Assembly (NCBI GenBank): GCA_002189035.1
Contig: CM007989.1
Coordinates: 1,364,001 to 1,428,000 of the forward strand
DNA: 64,000 bases
From: Utricularia gibba
Lineage: Eukaryota > Plantae > Magnoliophyta
Reading direction: 5' to 3'
Below the pieces are notes generated by a model, which did no database searches, was not told the DNA's origin, and saw only the letters and a program-made list of their open reading frames with translations. This document shows, in pieces, positions 62,590 to 64,000 of this stretch (the stretch's first letter is position 1; the number at the start of each line of letters is the position of its first letter). The translations under genes were made by a program, and so were the position numbers.

Positions 62590-63780
62590 TCAGTTGAAGA
62601 CCGACGGAACGACGCCGTATCTGGATCTGGGATCCGGTTCGGCGAGGAGGAGGCCGCCGACGGCCTCGTCGTCGGCGGTGGGGGTTCTTTTAGCGAACCG
62701 GCCTTTCACTCTGGGCCTTGCTTCTGCGTACGCCTTACGTGATGCGTAGCGTATGGTCTTTTCAAATTTCCTTCTCTTTCTCTTCTCCTTGTACCTTAAA
62801 ACCCTAGCTTCCCGGTCAACGTCGCCTTGATTCTTGGGGACGTCGATGCAGATGGATCGGGGAAATGGGTGGGATAATTCCGACATCGAGCTGCCGTCCG
62901 GCACGACGCCGTAGTCGATCGACGGCGACGATACCTAGGCGAGGCAATCAAGAATAACTTCCCAAAACAAAAATAAAATAATAAAAATATTTTTAATTTC
63001 AACATATTACAGATAGGATAATTTTATTTTAATTAAAATATCTCAACGTGAGATTTCGTGTATGCAAATGGTTTTAATTTTATTTTTAAGAAAATTAAAA
63101 AATAGGTTTAAAAATCAGAGTGGAGAAAATGAGCTTACAGTGTAGCTAAGCGATGGATTGTTGTTGCTGGAGGCGTAGGAATTGAAGTGGGAAGGTGGAA
63201 ACTCAAGCTTGATGCCGTTCTCCGGCGAGAAATCCTGGAGAAGCCTGGCGGTGGCCGGCGGGGGTTCTGGAATAGGCCTGCAAGGAGCTACGCCCGGGTG
63301 CGATGAGATACTGTAGTAATCGAGATCGAGGAAATTTTGAGGCGAGTCGGAGTCCAGCAGCATCAGCTCAACAGGCTGAGGCGGCGCGTTAAACGCACCC
63401 ATCATCTTCTCGGCCGTGTGGTAGAACGCGGACAGAGACACGCGCTCGTGTCGACTGGCGAGTGGGTTCGCCGAGTGGATGTCGCTGTCGCAGGCGGAGC
63501 AGAGCGCTGCCGAATCGGCTTTGCAGGCGAGGACCGCGGGGCTCCGTTCGCAGACGTCGCATATCCAAACCCTTTCGTGGAGCGGTTTGTTGACGTGGAG
63601 CCTCGAGTCGCAGGAGACGCAGAAGAAAGCGGCATCGGACACGCAGAATAGAATCGCGGGGGCCGCGTCGCAGCAGCTGCACAGCTTCCTCCCCGGATTA
63701 TGGCCGCCGGGGAAGAATCTAGACCTGATGGCCGCGGCGGCTGCGGCTGCGGCGCCGTGGTCGACGGAGAAGATTCCCAT
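62590..63780 (-). CDS. CONSTANS-like B-box/CCT zinc finger protein (COL5/COL4-like), 2 exons
   Basis: Two B-boxes ([25 protein letters not shown]; [40 protein letters not shown]), intron 63138-62935, CCT domain [44 protein letters not shown], terminal YGVVPS VP motif. Confidence 0.94.
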
Positions 63781-64000
63781 AGTCGTTCGGAAGGTGTAAG
63801 CAAGATCTGTTTCTATTATGCGAGTTAAAGAGAGGGGGAGACACATCCCCCCCTGTGGGGTTAACACGTGACACTTCCACGCCATTAATTTATGTTATCA
63901 ATCCACTGGGATCGTCAACTCGATCAGTTCAATTTTCTGAAACCCTCCCTCCAGCTACAAGAATGAATTAGTGACTTAATCCCCCTTTATTAGCTGATTA

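Overview
Gene-dense eudicot plant genomic window with 20 protein-coding genes, 1 tRNA and 2 small-RNA regulatory loci. Most introns are short and several gene pairs are head-to-head, which suggests a compact genome. Genes in order: MTERF5 (5' part), tRNA-Pro(UGG), RAD21/SYN2-type kleisin, an 82-aa 4-exon coiled-coil gene missed by the ORF track, GH17-like/X8 protein, NAA20, DREB-A5/DEAR ERF, SPATULA-like bHLH, NRPB1, N-carbamoylputrescine amidase, TRM1, MACPF protein, eIF(iso)4G, INTS3, HDDC2, GAE1, a PPR, a tetraspanin, TAS3, SMAX1, a BNR/sialidase-like protein and a COL5-like B-box/CCT gene. Main finds outside the ORF track: (1) an isolated miR171-complementary site with a 3-nt bulge near its middle at 38729-38754, inside an apparently non-coding transcript, i.e. 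a candidate IPS1-style endogenous target mimic, whose bulge overlaps the AUG of a 30-aa hydrophobic ORF; (2) a complete single-tasiARF TAS3 locus at about 50.0-50.5 kb with both miR390 sites and a 40-codon uORF ending inside the 5' site; (3) the 82-aa protein, which aligns without gaps to my recollection of the human SNAPC5 (SNAP19) N-terminal helix. Caveat: at least 12 apparent frameshifts in 7 genes are all single-base losses in G/C homopolymers, most likely assembly errors. Homolog and miRNA sequences were recalled from memory, not searched.
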